This document shows, one piece after another, positions 27,698 through 38,002 of a DNA stretch of 64,000 nucleotides; the first letter of the stretch is position 1; each line of letters opens with the position of its first letter. The stretch is taken from IMG/VR virus record IMGVR_UViG_3300027985_000661, positions 1-64,000 of that record; one strand, written 5' to 3'. The notes below the pieces were generated by a model that was given only the letters and a program-made list of their open reading frames with translations, did not search any database and was not told where the DNA came from. Both the position numbers and the translations under genes were made by a program. Source of the DNA: a virus.

Positions 27698-30440
27698 TAC
27701 AAACGAATTAAAAGGTACCAAAGGTATTAAGGAGATTAGATATCCTGATGAAAATGTAATGTTTAGATTTACATCTAAAGATTACACTGGGTACCTTATA
27801 CTTAATAATGAAACAGGGCTATTTGAATTCAATCCTCCATTAGATTTAGGTGCTTCTACTGGTACTACCTTTGAACATTACCAAGAGAATCATGGTTTTG
27901 CTGTAGGCACTCCTATATATCATGATGGTATATCATTTAAAAAAGCTTCATCCTCAAGTGAGGATAAACTAGCAATATGGGTAGTAGTAGAAGCTGAAGA
28001 TACTAATAACTTTGTTGCAGCGCAAAGCGGTAGGTTTACTATTACTGCTCATGGGCTACAACCAGGTAATTTTTATTTTGTAGGGGAGACGGACGGGTCT
28101 TTAACTCCTACTGAACCTGCTAGTTATAGCAACCCTGTAATATACGTTGAGAGTACAGAAGTATTTCACGTGCTACCTTATAGACCTTCTACTACTGCGG
28201 TTAACGGAGGTGGAGGAGGAGGCACAGGGGCTGTATCTTCAGTATTTGGAAGAATAGGGGATGTAACAGCACAGTCGGGAGATTACACTGCCTCTCAAGT
28301 AGGGCTAGGGAATGTTTTAAACGTAGCCCAAATACCCGCCTCTGAAAAGGGAGCTAATAATGGTGTAGCTACTCTAGACTCTGGAGGTAAGATTCTAGTT
28401 TCTCAGTTACCTGTAACCATACAAGGAGGTATTAGAGTTGTAGGTTTTTGGAATGCAAATAATAATACTCCTGATTTAAGTTCTTTATCGCTTCAAGATG
28501 GGGAGGCCTATCAGGTATCTGTTGCGGGGTCAACTGCACTGAATGGTATTACTAACTGGGAGGTTTATGACTTGGCAGTATACAGTAGTAGCGTGGCCGG
28601 TAATTGGTTTAAAATTACAAGTTCGAATAAAGTTCTTTCTGTAAATAATCAAACTGGTAATGTATCTTTAACTACAACACATATACCACAGGGTACTAAT
28701 TTATATTATAGCGATGCTTTAGTATCTTCTAATCCAAGTGTAGTTGCTAACACTTCTAAAATATCTGCCAGTGGTTCTATTAATACCCATTCAGATGTAG
28801 ACACGGATACCTTGGCTCCTGCTAATGGGCAGTTTCTAGGGTGGCAGGATGATCAATGGGTGCCTATGACTCCTCCTAGTGGCATAACTGGTGGAAATAA
28901 TATAGGTTTAGAAAGTGGGGTCGGACTTGTTATAGAAGGTTACCCTTTTTCACCAGATAGGATACCTTTGTGGAAATTGATAGAGGGAAGCGGGATATCT
29001 ATTAATACTATATCTGGAGGTATTCAGATATCTTCTACTGTGGCCGGGGGCGTAAGTTCTGTTAACGGAAGAGTAGGCGCAGTGACTTTAGATACAGATG
29101 ATATAGCTGAAGGCACTGTAAATAAATATTGGGAAGAAGCCCCTTTAGATGGCAGGGACTACGTTCGTAATTCAGGTAATTGGGTAAGAGATAGTAGGGT
29201 AACTGAAGTTATAGTTGTAAATGGAACTACTACAATAGCAGATATAAATAATATTTTAGATGCTATTCCTAGGGACCTAAAAGGAGGTTATATATATCTT
29301 AGTTTCGAAGCCGGCTCTTATATATTAAATGCTTTTTATAATATAGTAGGATTTCGTAATGGTACTATTTATGTAACAGGAGGTGAGGTAAGTAATATAG
29401 CAGACCCTAGACTTGTAAATATAAATGTACAAAATAGCTTCTTTAGTACTAATCCAGAAGATAACATTAGTATAGAATTTAAAAATATAGGATTTATATG
29501 GACAGCTAATTATTTCAACCCTGTTTATTATGGAGAAGGGGACAAAAACATTAAATTTTATAAATGCCATTTTGACTATTCCTCTACTTCTAATACATCT
29601 TCTATATATTCTATAGCTGCCAGATCTTATAATAAAATATACTTAGATGAAAATTATTTAATTGGGTCAGGAATTCCAAGTAGTATATCTCTTGTTAATG
29701 AAGATACTTTATCAATTTCAAGAATAGGAAGTTTGACCACATTTAGAGATAATACATCTAGCGCAGCTAAATTTGATTATTTTTATACAGGGAGAAGTTC
29801 TGTTATAGATGATGGTGGAAATACAGGGGCCGATAATTTTACAAACGGGTTAGCCACAATACTATCCCCTGCTTCTATGGGATCTTCTGTAGAAAGTGTT
29901 AATGGTCAAACAGGAATTGTAGTTTTAAATACGGATGATATAGATGATTCTACTTCAACTAATAAATACGCTAACGGTTCTATAAGTATCCACTCTGACG
30001 TAGATTTAACAGGTTTAGCAGATGGGCAAGTATTACAATATAATAGTACATCTGGTAATTTCGAACCTTATTCTATCTTAGAATCTTTTTCTTTCGCAAT
30101 TTCAGATTTTGAAACAGCTTTAGAAACAGGATTAAAGGATGTATTCAACTTTCCATTTGATTGTTATCTTGTCGATATATTTATAGCCGTTAATCCTAAT
30201 GATTTACCTACCGGGTCGCCATTTATCATTGATTTACATGGAGATGATAATGTTACAATTTTTACAACGCCTCCAAGTATAGATTCTGGAGAACAGAATA
30301 GTTTAACAGCTACTGTACCTCCTGTAATATCTACAAATACTTTTAATAGGGGAGATAAATTATATGGATATATAGATCAGGTTGGGGCTACAAATGCGGG
30401 AAGTGGCGCTAAAATTTATATGAATTTAAAAAGAAAATAG
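27684..30440 (+). CDS. Tail fibre/spike protein
   Basis: Repeated V.SV(N/F)..TG.V.L-like motifs, EEAPLDGRDYVR, a beta-helix-like middle and a C-terminal IDQVG...GSGAK domain. Confidence 0.8.
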   Translation: MAIVNTNELKGTKGIKEIRYPDENVMFRFTSKDYTGYLILNNETGLFEFNPPLDLGASTGTTFEHYQENHGFAVGTPIYHDGISFKKASSSSEDKLAIWVVVEAEDTNNFVAAQSGRFTITAHGLQPGNFYFVGETDGSLTPTEPASYSNPVIYVESTEVFHVLPYRPSTTAVNGGGGGGTGAVSSVFGRIGDVTAQSGDYTASQVGLGNVLNVAQIPASEKGANNGVATLDSGGKILVSQLPVTIQGGIRVVGFWNANNNTPDLSSLSLQDGEAYQVSVAGSTALNGITNWEVYDLAVYSSSVAGNWFKITSSNKVLSVNNQTGNVSLTTTHIPQGTNLYYSDALVSSNPSVVANTSKISASGSINTHSDVDTDTLAPANGQFLGWQDDQWVPMTPPSGITGGNNIGLESGVGLVIEGYPFSPDRIPLWKLIEGSGISINTISGGIQISSTVAGGVSSVNGRVGAVTLDTDDIAEGTVNKYWEEAPLDGRDYVRNSGNWVRDSRVTEVIVVNGTTTIADINNILDAIPRDLKGGYIYLSFEAGSYILNAFYNIVGFRNGTIYVTGGEVSNIADPRLVNINVQNSFFSTNPEDNISIEFKNIGFIWTANYFNPVYYGEGDKNIKFYKCHFDYSSTSNTSSIYSIAARSYNKIYLDENYLIGSGIPSSISLVNEDTLSISRIGSLTTFRDNTSSAAKFDYFYTGRSSVIDDGGNTGADNFTNGLATILSPASMGSSVESVNGQTGIVVLNTDDIDDSTSTNKYANGSISIHSDVDLTGLADGQVLQYNSTSGNFEPYSILESFSFAISDFETALETGLKDVFNFPFDCYLVDIFIAVNPNDLPTGSPFIIDLHGDDNVTIFTTPPSIDSGEQNSLTATVPPVISTNTFNRGDKLYGYIDQVGATNAGSGAKIYMNLKRK

Positions 30441-30977
30441 ATGAATGTAATTAGAGTTTGTAATGGGGAATGTAAAGAAGTACCCTATCCTAGGAGGGAT
30501 ATTTCAAAACCTATTACTGGGTTAGAAGAAGGTGTTGTTTTTTATTATATAAAAGAAAATGAAAAACCTACCTATGATATAAATAAATCCAGATTAATCA
30601 AAAAAGACATACTGACTGATTCTAAATGTCATAAATATCCACATTTGCTTGTATGCGAGCGTATATATGAAGTAGTTGATTTCCCTATGGAATATGTTGT
30701 AAATATGTTAAAACAATCTATGGAAGATCACTTAACTCAGCAATTGCCTGCTATAGAACAAACTAGGAATATTACTAGGTATTTAACATTGAGGGAATAC
30801 CAAAAAGAAGACAGAATTACCGAAGGGCAGTTACGAGAGTTATCGTTTCTAAATGAACTTGACAAATGGGATATTGAACTTAGAAATGATTTAAACAATA
30901 GAATACTAGAATATAAAGAAAATAATATTTTCCCATCTTTTACAGGATGGTCTATAAAACCAGAATATTATGATTGA
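30441..30977 (+). CDS. Fibre-associated accessory/chaperone-like protein A
   Basis: Follows a fibre gene; shares PI.GL...KP.YD with the next gene. Confidence 0.55.
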   Translation: MNVIRVCNGECKEVPYPRRDISKPITGLEEGVVFYYIKENEKPTYDINKSRLIKKDILTDSKCHKYPHLLVCERIYEVVDFPMEYVVNMLKQSMEDHLTQQLPAIEQTRNITRYLTLREYQKEDRITEGQLRELSFLNELDKWDIELRNDLNNRILEYKENNIFPSFTGWSIKPEYYD

Positions 30978-31533
30978 TTGTGTAGTAATACAGTGGAATG
31001 CAGATAGGACAAGCTATTCAGTAGTTAATTATAACTATCAAGTATCTAACTTACCTATAATTGGATTAGACGATAATTTAGAAGTTTTAGTTAAACGTAC
31101 TCCATTTGTTAAACCAAATTACGATCCTAGACTTAAGGTTCTAATTACATTATTAGGCGTTTCTGAAGATTACGATACTGAATTCCCCTTAAATAGGAAA
31201 TGGGAAGAAACGTTCGAACTTCAAGATAGAAGTCTAGAAGACCAGAAGATTAGTATAGTAGAGGCTGAAAATTACGCAAATTTGAAAGTATTCCCTACGA
31301 ACAAGCAATTTAAGTACATTGTACTAATGTCTGCAATTACTTACAGATTGACCAGCGGGATGACGTTGACAACTAAAGAACAAGAAATAGCTGATATCTT
31401 TATAGCTAAGGCTCAAAAGATATTTACTAATTGTAATGTTTGTGAAAGTAAAAAAACAGCTTTAGACGATGGCGAACTAGTCGATCTAGATTCTGATTGG
31501 GAAAATACAGATCCGGAGGATGGGTTACTATGA
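30970..31533 (+). CDS. Fibre-associated accessory/chaperone-like protein B (paralogue of A)
   Basis: LPIIGLDD...KPNYDPRL versus KPITGLEE...KPTYDINK. Confidence 0.55.
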   Translation: MIDCVVIQWNADRTSYSVVNYNYQVSNLPIIGLDDNLEVLVKRTPFVKPNYDPRLKVLITLLGVSEDYDTEFPLNRKWEETFELQDRSLEDQKISIVEAENYANLKVFPTNKQFKYIVLMSAITYRLTSGMTLTTKEQEIADIFIAKAQKIFTNCNVCESKKTALDDGELVDLDSDWENTDPEDGLL

Positions 31534-32816
31534 AATCTATTTTGAATTTTAAAGATAAAATTAATAGAACTATGGTTATAAATGGGAACAGGTTTGCTGC
31601 CAAGCAAGCGCCAATCATGTCTTTTCAGACAAGCAAAAATGGAACTTTTAATCCTTCTATTGAAACCTCAACGGGAAATACATTAAAATGGGTAGTTGAT
31701 GGAGTTGAGTATATTACAAATACTCTTAGCGTTGAGCTAACAGGGGATGTTGTAGACGTACAGGTTTATGCAAATAACTTTCAAGAGGGTGACCAAATAT
31801 CTGACGTAAACTTTTCAGGTCAAAATATAATTGGAGAGTTAGATTTTAGTTATTTTGCTCTGAGAGGGAACTTTTATGCGCACACAAATGCAGGATTAAC
31901 AAATGTGCGTTACAGTACTGATAATATAGTAAGTAATCTATATTTATATAGTACTGGTTTGATAGGAGTTTTGAATTTATCAACTGTGGTATTCAATGGG
32001 TATTTCTATGTTCACAATTGCCCCTCATTGACAAATATTACCTTCAGTTCATCTTTATCAACTCCTATCTTAGTTCGTGCTTACAGTAATTCTTTCACTG
32101 GGACGTTAGATTTTTCAACTGTAAAATGCACAAATTACGACATATCAAATAATAGTAATCTGACAGACTTGGTGATGTATGAAGATAACACTTTGAAATC
32201 GCTAACAGCTATAAATTGTGGTTTTACAAGTTTAAATTTCAGTAATACCCGCATGGCATCTGTAAATGTTCAGAATAATACATCGTTGTCAGCAATGACA
32301 TTTAGTAATTTAGATAATTCAGGCGCGATAACTATATCAGGGTGTTCATCACTATTGACATTAGATTTAAGTAATTATCAGTTATCTTATCTTGCTGCAA
32401 ATACAGTGAGTTCATTAAGTTCAATCACATTTAAAAATGCGCCACAAACGCTATCTTTATGCAGTATAACAAATACGCAAATAAGTTCATTAGATTTAAG
32501 CAACTTCACCGTAACCGCCTTTTATTGTTATTTTTACAACAATCCTAATTTAAGTAGTGTATCAATGCCTACTATAACTGCAAATATGCAATTAATAAGA
32601 GGTTATAATTGTGCATTATCTCAAGCGTCAGTAGATAGCATATTTAGCTATTTAAATACCTTTTTTAGTTCGACAACTCCTATCAAATCATTAGATGTTC
32701 AATTAAATGGCGGCACGAATGCAAGCCCAACAGGAGGGGCGAATAATGCAGATATTTTAAATCTGATCTCAATATATAATGCGGCAGGTTTCACATTTAC
32801 TTATACAATAAATTAA
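31530..32816 (+). CDS. Leucine-rich-repeat-like putative receptor-binding protein
   Basis: Repeated L..L.(F/L)S...N..LT.I.F units. The start is likely ATG 31530 or 31572 rather than 31497. Confidence 0.65.
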   Translation: MKSILNFKDKINRTMVINGNRFAAKQAPIMSFQTSKNGTFNPSIETSTGNTLKWVVDGVEYITNTLSVELTGDVVDVQVYANNFQEGDQISDVNFSGQNIIGELDFSYFALRGNFYAHTNAGLTNVRYSTDNIVSNLYLYSTGLIGVLNLSTVVFNGYFYVHNCPSLTNITFSSSLSTPILVRAYSNSFTGTLDFSTVKCTNYDISNNSNLTDLVMYEDNTLKSLTAINCGFTSLNFSNTRMASVNVQNNTSLSAMTFSNLDNSGAITISGCSSLLTLDLSNYQLSYLAANTVSSLSSITFKNAPQTLSLCSITNTQISSLDLSNFTVTAFYCYFYNNPNLSSVSMPTITANMQLIRGYNCALSQASVDSIFSYLNTFFSSTTPIKSLDVQLNGGTNASPTGGANNADILNLISIYNAAGFTFTYTIN

Positions 32817-32871
32817 ATCTATATCATATAACAAGTATTAATTATTGAATTTAAATATATAAATAAAAATA

Positions 32872-35313
32872 ATGGCAAATAACGCATTAGTAAACATTCC
32901 CGTACTTTCCGTTAATGGACTTACAGGTAATGTAAATATAACCTATACAGATTTAGGAGCTATAGAAGAAGCTCCTAATGATGGTAGTATATACGCAAGG
33001 CAGAATGAAGGGTGGGTGATATCTAGCTCGGGCGTGCCCGCACCTGCATCAGATAACTACACTTATTCATATAGAAATAATGATTGGGTAAGAACAGTAT
33101 ATAGCAACTACGCTAGTAATATTATTATTAATAAATCTACTTCTGAGACTAGACAAGGTTTACAAAATAAGTTAGATGCTTTACCTAAAGATTTAAATGG
33201 CGGTACCTTAACTATAGTTCTAGATGCAGGAACCCATTCTGGAGATGGTACCTCATTGAAGGTATCTGGATTTACAAATTGTACTATTGAAATAAAAGGT
33301 TCTGGAATATACACATCTGGGCAACAAGCGCCAACTGTATGGACAGGTTCTTTACTGGAAGTGAATAATATCCCCCATAGTATAACTATAGAAAAAATAC
33401 ATTTTTTGGATTCACTAGATCTTAAAAATATTAATAATATATACATAAAAAATTGTTCATTTGGAACAGGGTATGTAAATATTGCTTCAGGTTCTAAAAC
33501 TAATTGTTATATATTTGATAGTTTCTTCAATAATAATATATTAGGGTACTTTAACGCAAGAACCAATAATGTAATATTAGATAGTGTAACAGGGAGCGTA
33601 ACTTCATATTTCATACCTACTTCTCCTGGTAGAGTTTTAAGTATACAATATACAGGTTTTGATTATGTGGCGTTTTTTAGTGGACTAGATCCGGTAGGGG
33701 ACAGTACCGCTAACGATAACTTTTATTTTGGCAAATATGGTGAGAAAATAGAAAGTATTGAAGAAGCCCCTAATGATGGAAATATATATGCTAGGCAAAA
33801 CGAAGGATGGTCAATACTCCCAAGTTCAGGCATTTCCGCCCCAGCCGCGGATGGATATACCTACTCATATAAAAATAATGATTGGGTTAGGACAGTATAT
33901 AATAGTCATGGTAGTAATATAGTAGTTACTAAATCTATTGTTGAGACTAGGCAAGACCTCCAGGATAAATTAGATGCACTGCCTAAAGATTTAAATGGGG
34001 GTATCTTATATGTCTCTTTAGCTGGAGGTACCCATACAACAGACGGTGTAGATTTGGAGATAGAAGGTTTTAGAAATGGATCAGTAATAGTGGCAGGTGG
34101 CGGTACTTACGTACCTGGACAACCAGCTTCAGCAGTATGGGTAGGATCTTTCATAAATATGTCAAATTTAAAAACTTATACTGTTGTAGAGAGGATTCAT
34201 TTTTTAAATTCATTAAATATATATAACTGTCCTGATGTATATATAAAAAGTTGTTCTTTTGGAACTGGATATGTATATACTAATAATTCAGCTAGAGAAA
34301 ATATATATTTATATGATTGTTACTTTGACAATAATATATTAGGCTATTTTAATGGAAAAGAAAGCCATGTCATTTTAGACAGTCTTACTGGAAATATAAC
34401 AGCTTACAATTTCCGCACTAATTACGGAAGTACTTTAAAAATGGAGTATACAGGATTCGATTATACTACTTTCTTTAGTGGTTTAGATCCAGTGGGAGAT
34501 AGCGCATCCAATGATAATTTTTATTTTGGTAAGTATGGAGAAACTTCACCGGGTATAGAAGAAGCACCTATAAATGGAAGTGCCTATGTTAGAAAAGATG
34601 GCGGTTGGGAAGTAAGTGATGCTAGTTATTTAGAAAACGATGCAGTATATTATATGGTTGCCGGTACAACTCATACCGATATAAATTCTTTTCTAGATAC
34701 CCTACCTAAAAATTTGGGGGGTAAGCATGTTAGATTTTATTTTTCAGAAGGTTTTATGGATATGGAATGGACTGACAATGTTAATTTTAATGAGTTTTAT
34801 AATGGTAATATATCCTTTTTGAATAGTGCTTCTATTGACAACTCTTTAAATATATATGAGAGCATTAAGTTTAATAATTGCAGTAGTTTAAATATTAATT
34901 TTTATAGATTTAGTATTACAAAAACTGGAGGGGCTTCTAATACAACCTTTATAGAACTGACAGATAGTTTATCTATTAATGTTGAATTTGATCGAATAGC
35001 ATTTATATATAGTGTTGCTGGGACTTCAAGTTTGGTTTACTCTCCTAATGCAAGTATTATAAATTTTTCCGAGTGTAGTATTACAGGCGTGACAGGATTT
35101 GTAACTACAAGTACTAGAAAGGCAGCCTCTATTGAATTACATATTTATAATTGCACAGGAGATTCTACTTATATTATATATAAATCATTTGCAGAACAGA
35201 CTATATATTCACCTTTCAATATATATACAGATGGGATATCCTCTATATATACTACAGGAGTAGCAGTTTCAGGAGTCCCTTATACATTGTCAACCTACAC
35301 AATAGCACCTTAA
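32872..35313 (+). CDS. Fibre/spike protein with tandemly repeated beta-helix-like modules
   Basis: EEAP..G..Y.R...GW at 32965, 33760 and 34558, each followed by LD.LPK.L.G. Confidence 0.8.
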   Translation: MANNALVNIPVLSVNGLTGNVNITYTDLGAIEEAPNDGSIYARQNEGWVISSSGVPAPASDNYTYSYRNNDWVRTVYSNYASNIIINKSTSETRQGLQNKLDALPKDLNGGTLTIVLDAGTHSGDGTSLKVSGFTNCTIEIKGSGIYTSGQQAPTVWTGSLLEVNNIPHSITIEKIHFLDSLDLKNINNIYIKNCSFGTGYVNIASGSKTNCYIFDSFFNNNILGYFNARTNNVILDSVTGSVTSYFIPTSPGRVLSIQYTGFDYVAFFSGLDPVGDSTANDNFYFGKYGEKIESIEEAPNDGNIYARQNEGWSILPSSGISAPAADGYTYSYKNNDWVRTVYNSHGSNIVVTKSIVETRQDLQDKLDALPKDLNGGILYVSLAGGTHTTDGVDLEIEGFRNGSVIVAGGGTYVPGQPASAVWVGSFINMSNLKTYTVVERIHFLNSLNIYNCPDVYIKSCSFGTGYVYTNNSARENIYLYDCYFDNNILGYFNGKESHVILDSLTGNITAYNFRTNYGSTLKMEYTGFDYTTFFSGLDPVGDSASNDNFYFGKYGETSPGIEEAPINGSAYVRKDGGWEVSDASYLENDAVYYMVAGTTHTDINSFLDTLPKNLGGKHVRFYFSEGFMDMEWTDNVNFNEFYNGNISFLNSASIDNSLNIYESIKFNNCSSLNINFYRFSITKTGGASNTTFIELTDSLSINVEFDRIAFIYSVAGTSSLVYSPNASIINFSECSITGVTGFVTTSTRKAASIELHIYNCTGDSTYIIYKSFAEQTIYSPFNIYTDGISSIYTTGVAVSGVPYTLSTYTIAP

Positions 35314-35314
35314 T

Positions 35315-35986
35315 ATGATAGGAAATTTAATATCTAATATAAAAGACGCGATCACTATAATATCTATAGTTGTCACGCTAGGCCTAGGATACTGGGGTAA
35401 GGTACAACAAGAAGAGGCAAGTAGGGCTACTAATAACCTTTATTCTAAAACGGTAGAGTGGAAGGACGAGAAAGGGAGGTTAGTGACGGAAGTAACAGAG
35501 TTACGTTACACTACTAAAGAGTTGAAGGATATAGCTAAACTAGACTCTACTAAATTAAGTAGGGCACAGAAAGATTTGCTACAGGCTAACAATTTAGTTA
35601 AAGAACTTAAACTTAAAGAACGTAATGTAGAAAGTGTTAATATAGCCGATTTAAGAGTACATAACGACTCTTTGGTATCTACTATAACGTACGATAAAAA
35701 TAACAAATTAGAAGCCCTAAAACCTATCAAAACAGAACATTTATATATAGATTTTAAAGTAGAAGGTGATACCGTACTTGTTGATCATAAATATAATGTT
35801 AATATTAATACTGTAGTTAGAAGGGAAAGGGATAAAGTAACTAAAGCAGGCAATCCTAGATTTTTTATTGCTAGATGGGTAAACCCTAGATGGCAGTATT
35901 CTGCTATTAATGTAGCAGATGATGATAAGGCTAAGATAGACTCCGCTATACATATTAACTTTCAAAATAAAAAAGGAAAGAGATGA
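35315..35986 (+). CDS. N-terminally anchored membrane protein (spanin-like)
   Basis: Single N-terminal TM segment followed by a coiled coil. Confidence 0.45.
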   Translation: MIGNLISNIKDAITIISIVVTLGLGYWGKVQQEEASRATNNLYSKTVEWKDEKGRLVTEVTELRYTTKELKDIAKLDSTKLSRAQKDLLQANNLVKELKLKERNVESVNIADLRVHNDSLVSTITYDKNNKLEALKPIKTEHLYIDFKVEGDTVLVDHKYNVNINTVVRRERDKVTKAGNPRFFIARWVNPRWQYSAINVADDDKAKIDSAIHINFQNKKGKR

Positions 35987-36735
35987 TTTTTGAAACATTA
36001 AATACTATTGTAAATGATATCTTAAAAATAGCTAGGGGATCTGAAGTATCCTCTAGTGAGCCTATATCTAAAAGGCAAGTAGAGAATTGGGTTCATCAAT
36101 ACAGAGCGTTACTATTATCTAGAGATTTAGAAAAAGGATATTACCCTAATCCTGCTTATATACAAGAGATACCTTTATTACAAATAGAACAAGTACGAAG
36201 AGAAGGCGGGGGAGCTTTAAATGCCCAGTCTTTTCCTTATACATTTGACTTCCCATTACAGGCTGGGGATAGGCAAGTAGGTAATGAGTATTTTCTTAGG
36301 ACTGTGCTTGATATACCTAAAGTAATAGATATAAATTATAAACCCGGGTTTACGTACATAGGGGATACTTCTGGTAATGAATATCAATTTGTACCACAGC
36401 ACAGGGAAATATGGCAGCAATATAAAAGATATACCTCTAATTCTACTTTGAGCTTTGAATTAAATAATAAGATATATCTTACTAATAACAATCCTGATAT
36501 AGAGTATATATCTATAAGAGGTATATTTGAAAATCCTATGGAGGTAGGTAGGTTCCAAAATCCAGTAACAGATTTACCATTAGCAGATTGGGACACTCCT
36601 TACCCTATCCCTAATAACCTTCTCCCTACTCTAAAAGGAATGATACTTGAGAAAGAATTAAAAATAGAAATATCTTCTCCTAACGATGATAAGAATGATA
36701 GTGATCACGGGTTAAGTAATAAAGCAGAAAAATAA
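35983..36735 (+). CDS. Tail ring protein (crAss-type)
   Basis: TLNTIVNDIL...WVHQYRALL...GIFENP...YPIP; position before the IHF-like, ring and muzzle genes. Confidence 0.7.
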   Translation: MIFETLNTIVNDILKIARGSEVSSSEPISKRQVENWVHQYRALLLSRDLEKGYYPNPAYIQEIPLLQIEQVRREGGGALNAQSFPYTFDFPLQAGDRQVGNEYFLRTVLDIPKVIDINYKPGFTYIGDTSGNEYQFVPQHREIWQQYKRYTSNSTLSFELNNKIYLTNNNPDIEYISIRGIFENPMEVGRFQNPVTDLPLADWDTPYPIPNNLLPTLKGMILEKELKIEISSPNDDKNDSDHGLSNKAEK

Positions 36736-36736
36736 T

Positions 36737-37207
36737 ATGGCATTTTATAGCAGAGGACCAAATAAAGTTCAGAAACCTTATGTTCTAAAAGATATGTATT
36801 TAGAATACATTAAAGACAAGGAAGAAGGCTCTCCCTATTATATATCATATAATAAATTTGTTACTATATGTACCATGTATTATAAATCAATGGCAGAGTA
36901 TATTAAGGAAGGTAAACTATATTTATTGCCCTATAAGTTAGGGGAGGTTTCGGTATTAAAGAAGAAACCAAAAAACATGACAAGGGAAACAATGTCATTA
37001 GATTGGGAACAAACCCAAAAATTAGGAAAGCAAGTCTACCATACCAATGATCATACTAATTACTACAAGTATGTTTTTTCATGGGGAAAATTAAGAGCCC
37101 ACTTTAAACATAAAGGTAGTTATAGAATGGTATTTACAAGAGAACATAAAAGAGATTTGGCAAAGAAGATTAAATCAGGAGAATACGATTATTTTGAAAT
37201 AGATTAA
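36737..37207 (+). CDS. IHF/HU-like protein of the crAss tail module
   Basis: LPYKLGEVSVLKKK...LDW..T...YH.N.HT..Y...F.W; conserved position. Confidence 0.65.
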   Translation: MAFYSRGPNKVQKPYVLKDMYLEYIKDKEEGSPYYISYNKFVTICTMYYKSMAEYIKEGKLYLLPYKLGEVSVLKKKPKNMTRETMSLDWEQTQKLGKQVYHTNDHTNYYKYVFSWGKLRAHFKHKGSYRMVFTREHKRDLAKKIKSGEYDYFEID

Positions 37208-37210
37208 GTT

Positions 37211-38002
37211 ATGGTTTATAATACAGTTAGTGTAAAGCAAGTCATTGCAAAAGTAATGACAGATAATAACATACAAGAGGAAACTCACCGTATACCTGAT
37301 ATGATAGAATGGTGCGGAGAGGCATTGGAGAAGATAGGAGCGTTCCCTCAACTAGATACTGTCGTAACTGGTAAAGAAGGGGTTCCTCTATTAGAAATAA
37401 ATAATTATCAAACCCTTTTACCTTCAGGACTGCATACTATTATTCAAGCAGTGTACACTGAAACAGGCAATTATCCTTTTTCTGCTATGAGGTACGGCAC
37501 TGGAAGTTTCGATACTAAAAAAGGAATTACAACTAGCGCAGGAGTTAGTAGAGAGGAGTACAATAATGAAACTAGTTTTACTACCGATGTTACATATGTA
37601 GTGGTAGGTAATTATATGAAGTTTAATGTCCCTACTGGATATGTAATGTTGGCATATACTACTATACCTTTAGATGAAGAAGGCTTTCCAGTAGTTCCAG
37701 ATAATATAGGATTTATAGATGCGTTGTATTGGTATATAACCATGAAATTGTTATATCCTAAATGGGCAGAAGGAAGGGTAAGAGATGCTGTGTATTATGA
37801 TGCTAGGAGTTCTTGGAATTACTATAGGAAACAAGCATATGGAAATGCGATGATGCCTAATGGGGACCAATTAACTGCTATTAAAAATACATGGAATAAG
37901 TTAATTCCAGAGTTCAATGATCAGAATACTTTCTTTTCTACTACAGGTGAAAAACAAATAAAATATAATACAAATGGAGCAAGTTACACACATATTCTCT
38001 AA
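37211..38002 (+). CDS. Tail tubular/ring protein (P22 gp4-like position)
   Basis: SVKQVIAKV...IEWCGEALEKIG...AY..IPLDEEGFP.VPD. Confidence 0.75.
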   Translation: MVYNTVSVKQVIAKVMTDNNIQEETHRIPDMIEWCGEALEKIGAFPQLDTVVTGKEGVPLLEINNYQTLLPSGLHTIIQAVYTETGNYPFSAMRYGTGSFDTKKGITTSAGVSREEYNNETSFTTDVTYVVVGNYMKFNVPTGYVMLAYTTIPLDEEGFPVVPDNIGFIDALYWYITMKLLYPKWAEGRVRDAVYYDARSSWNYYRKQAYGNAMMPNGDQLTAIKNTWNKLIPEFNDQNTFFSTTGEKQIKYNTNGASYTHIL

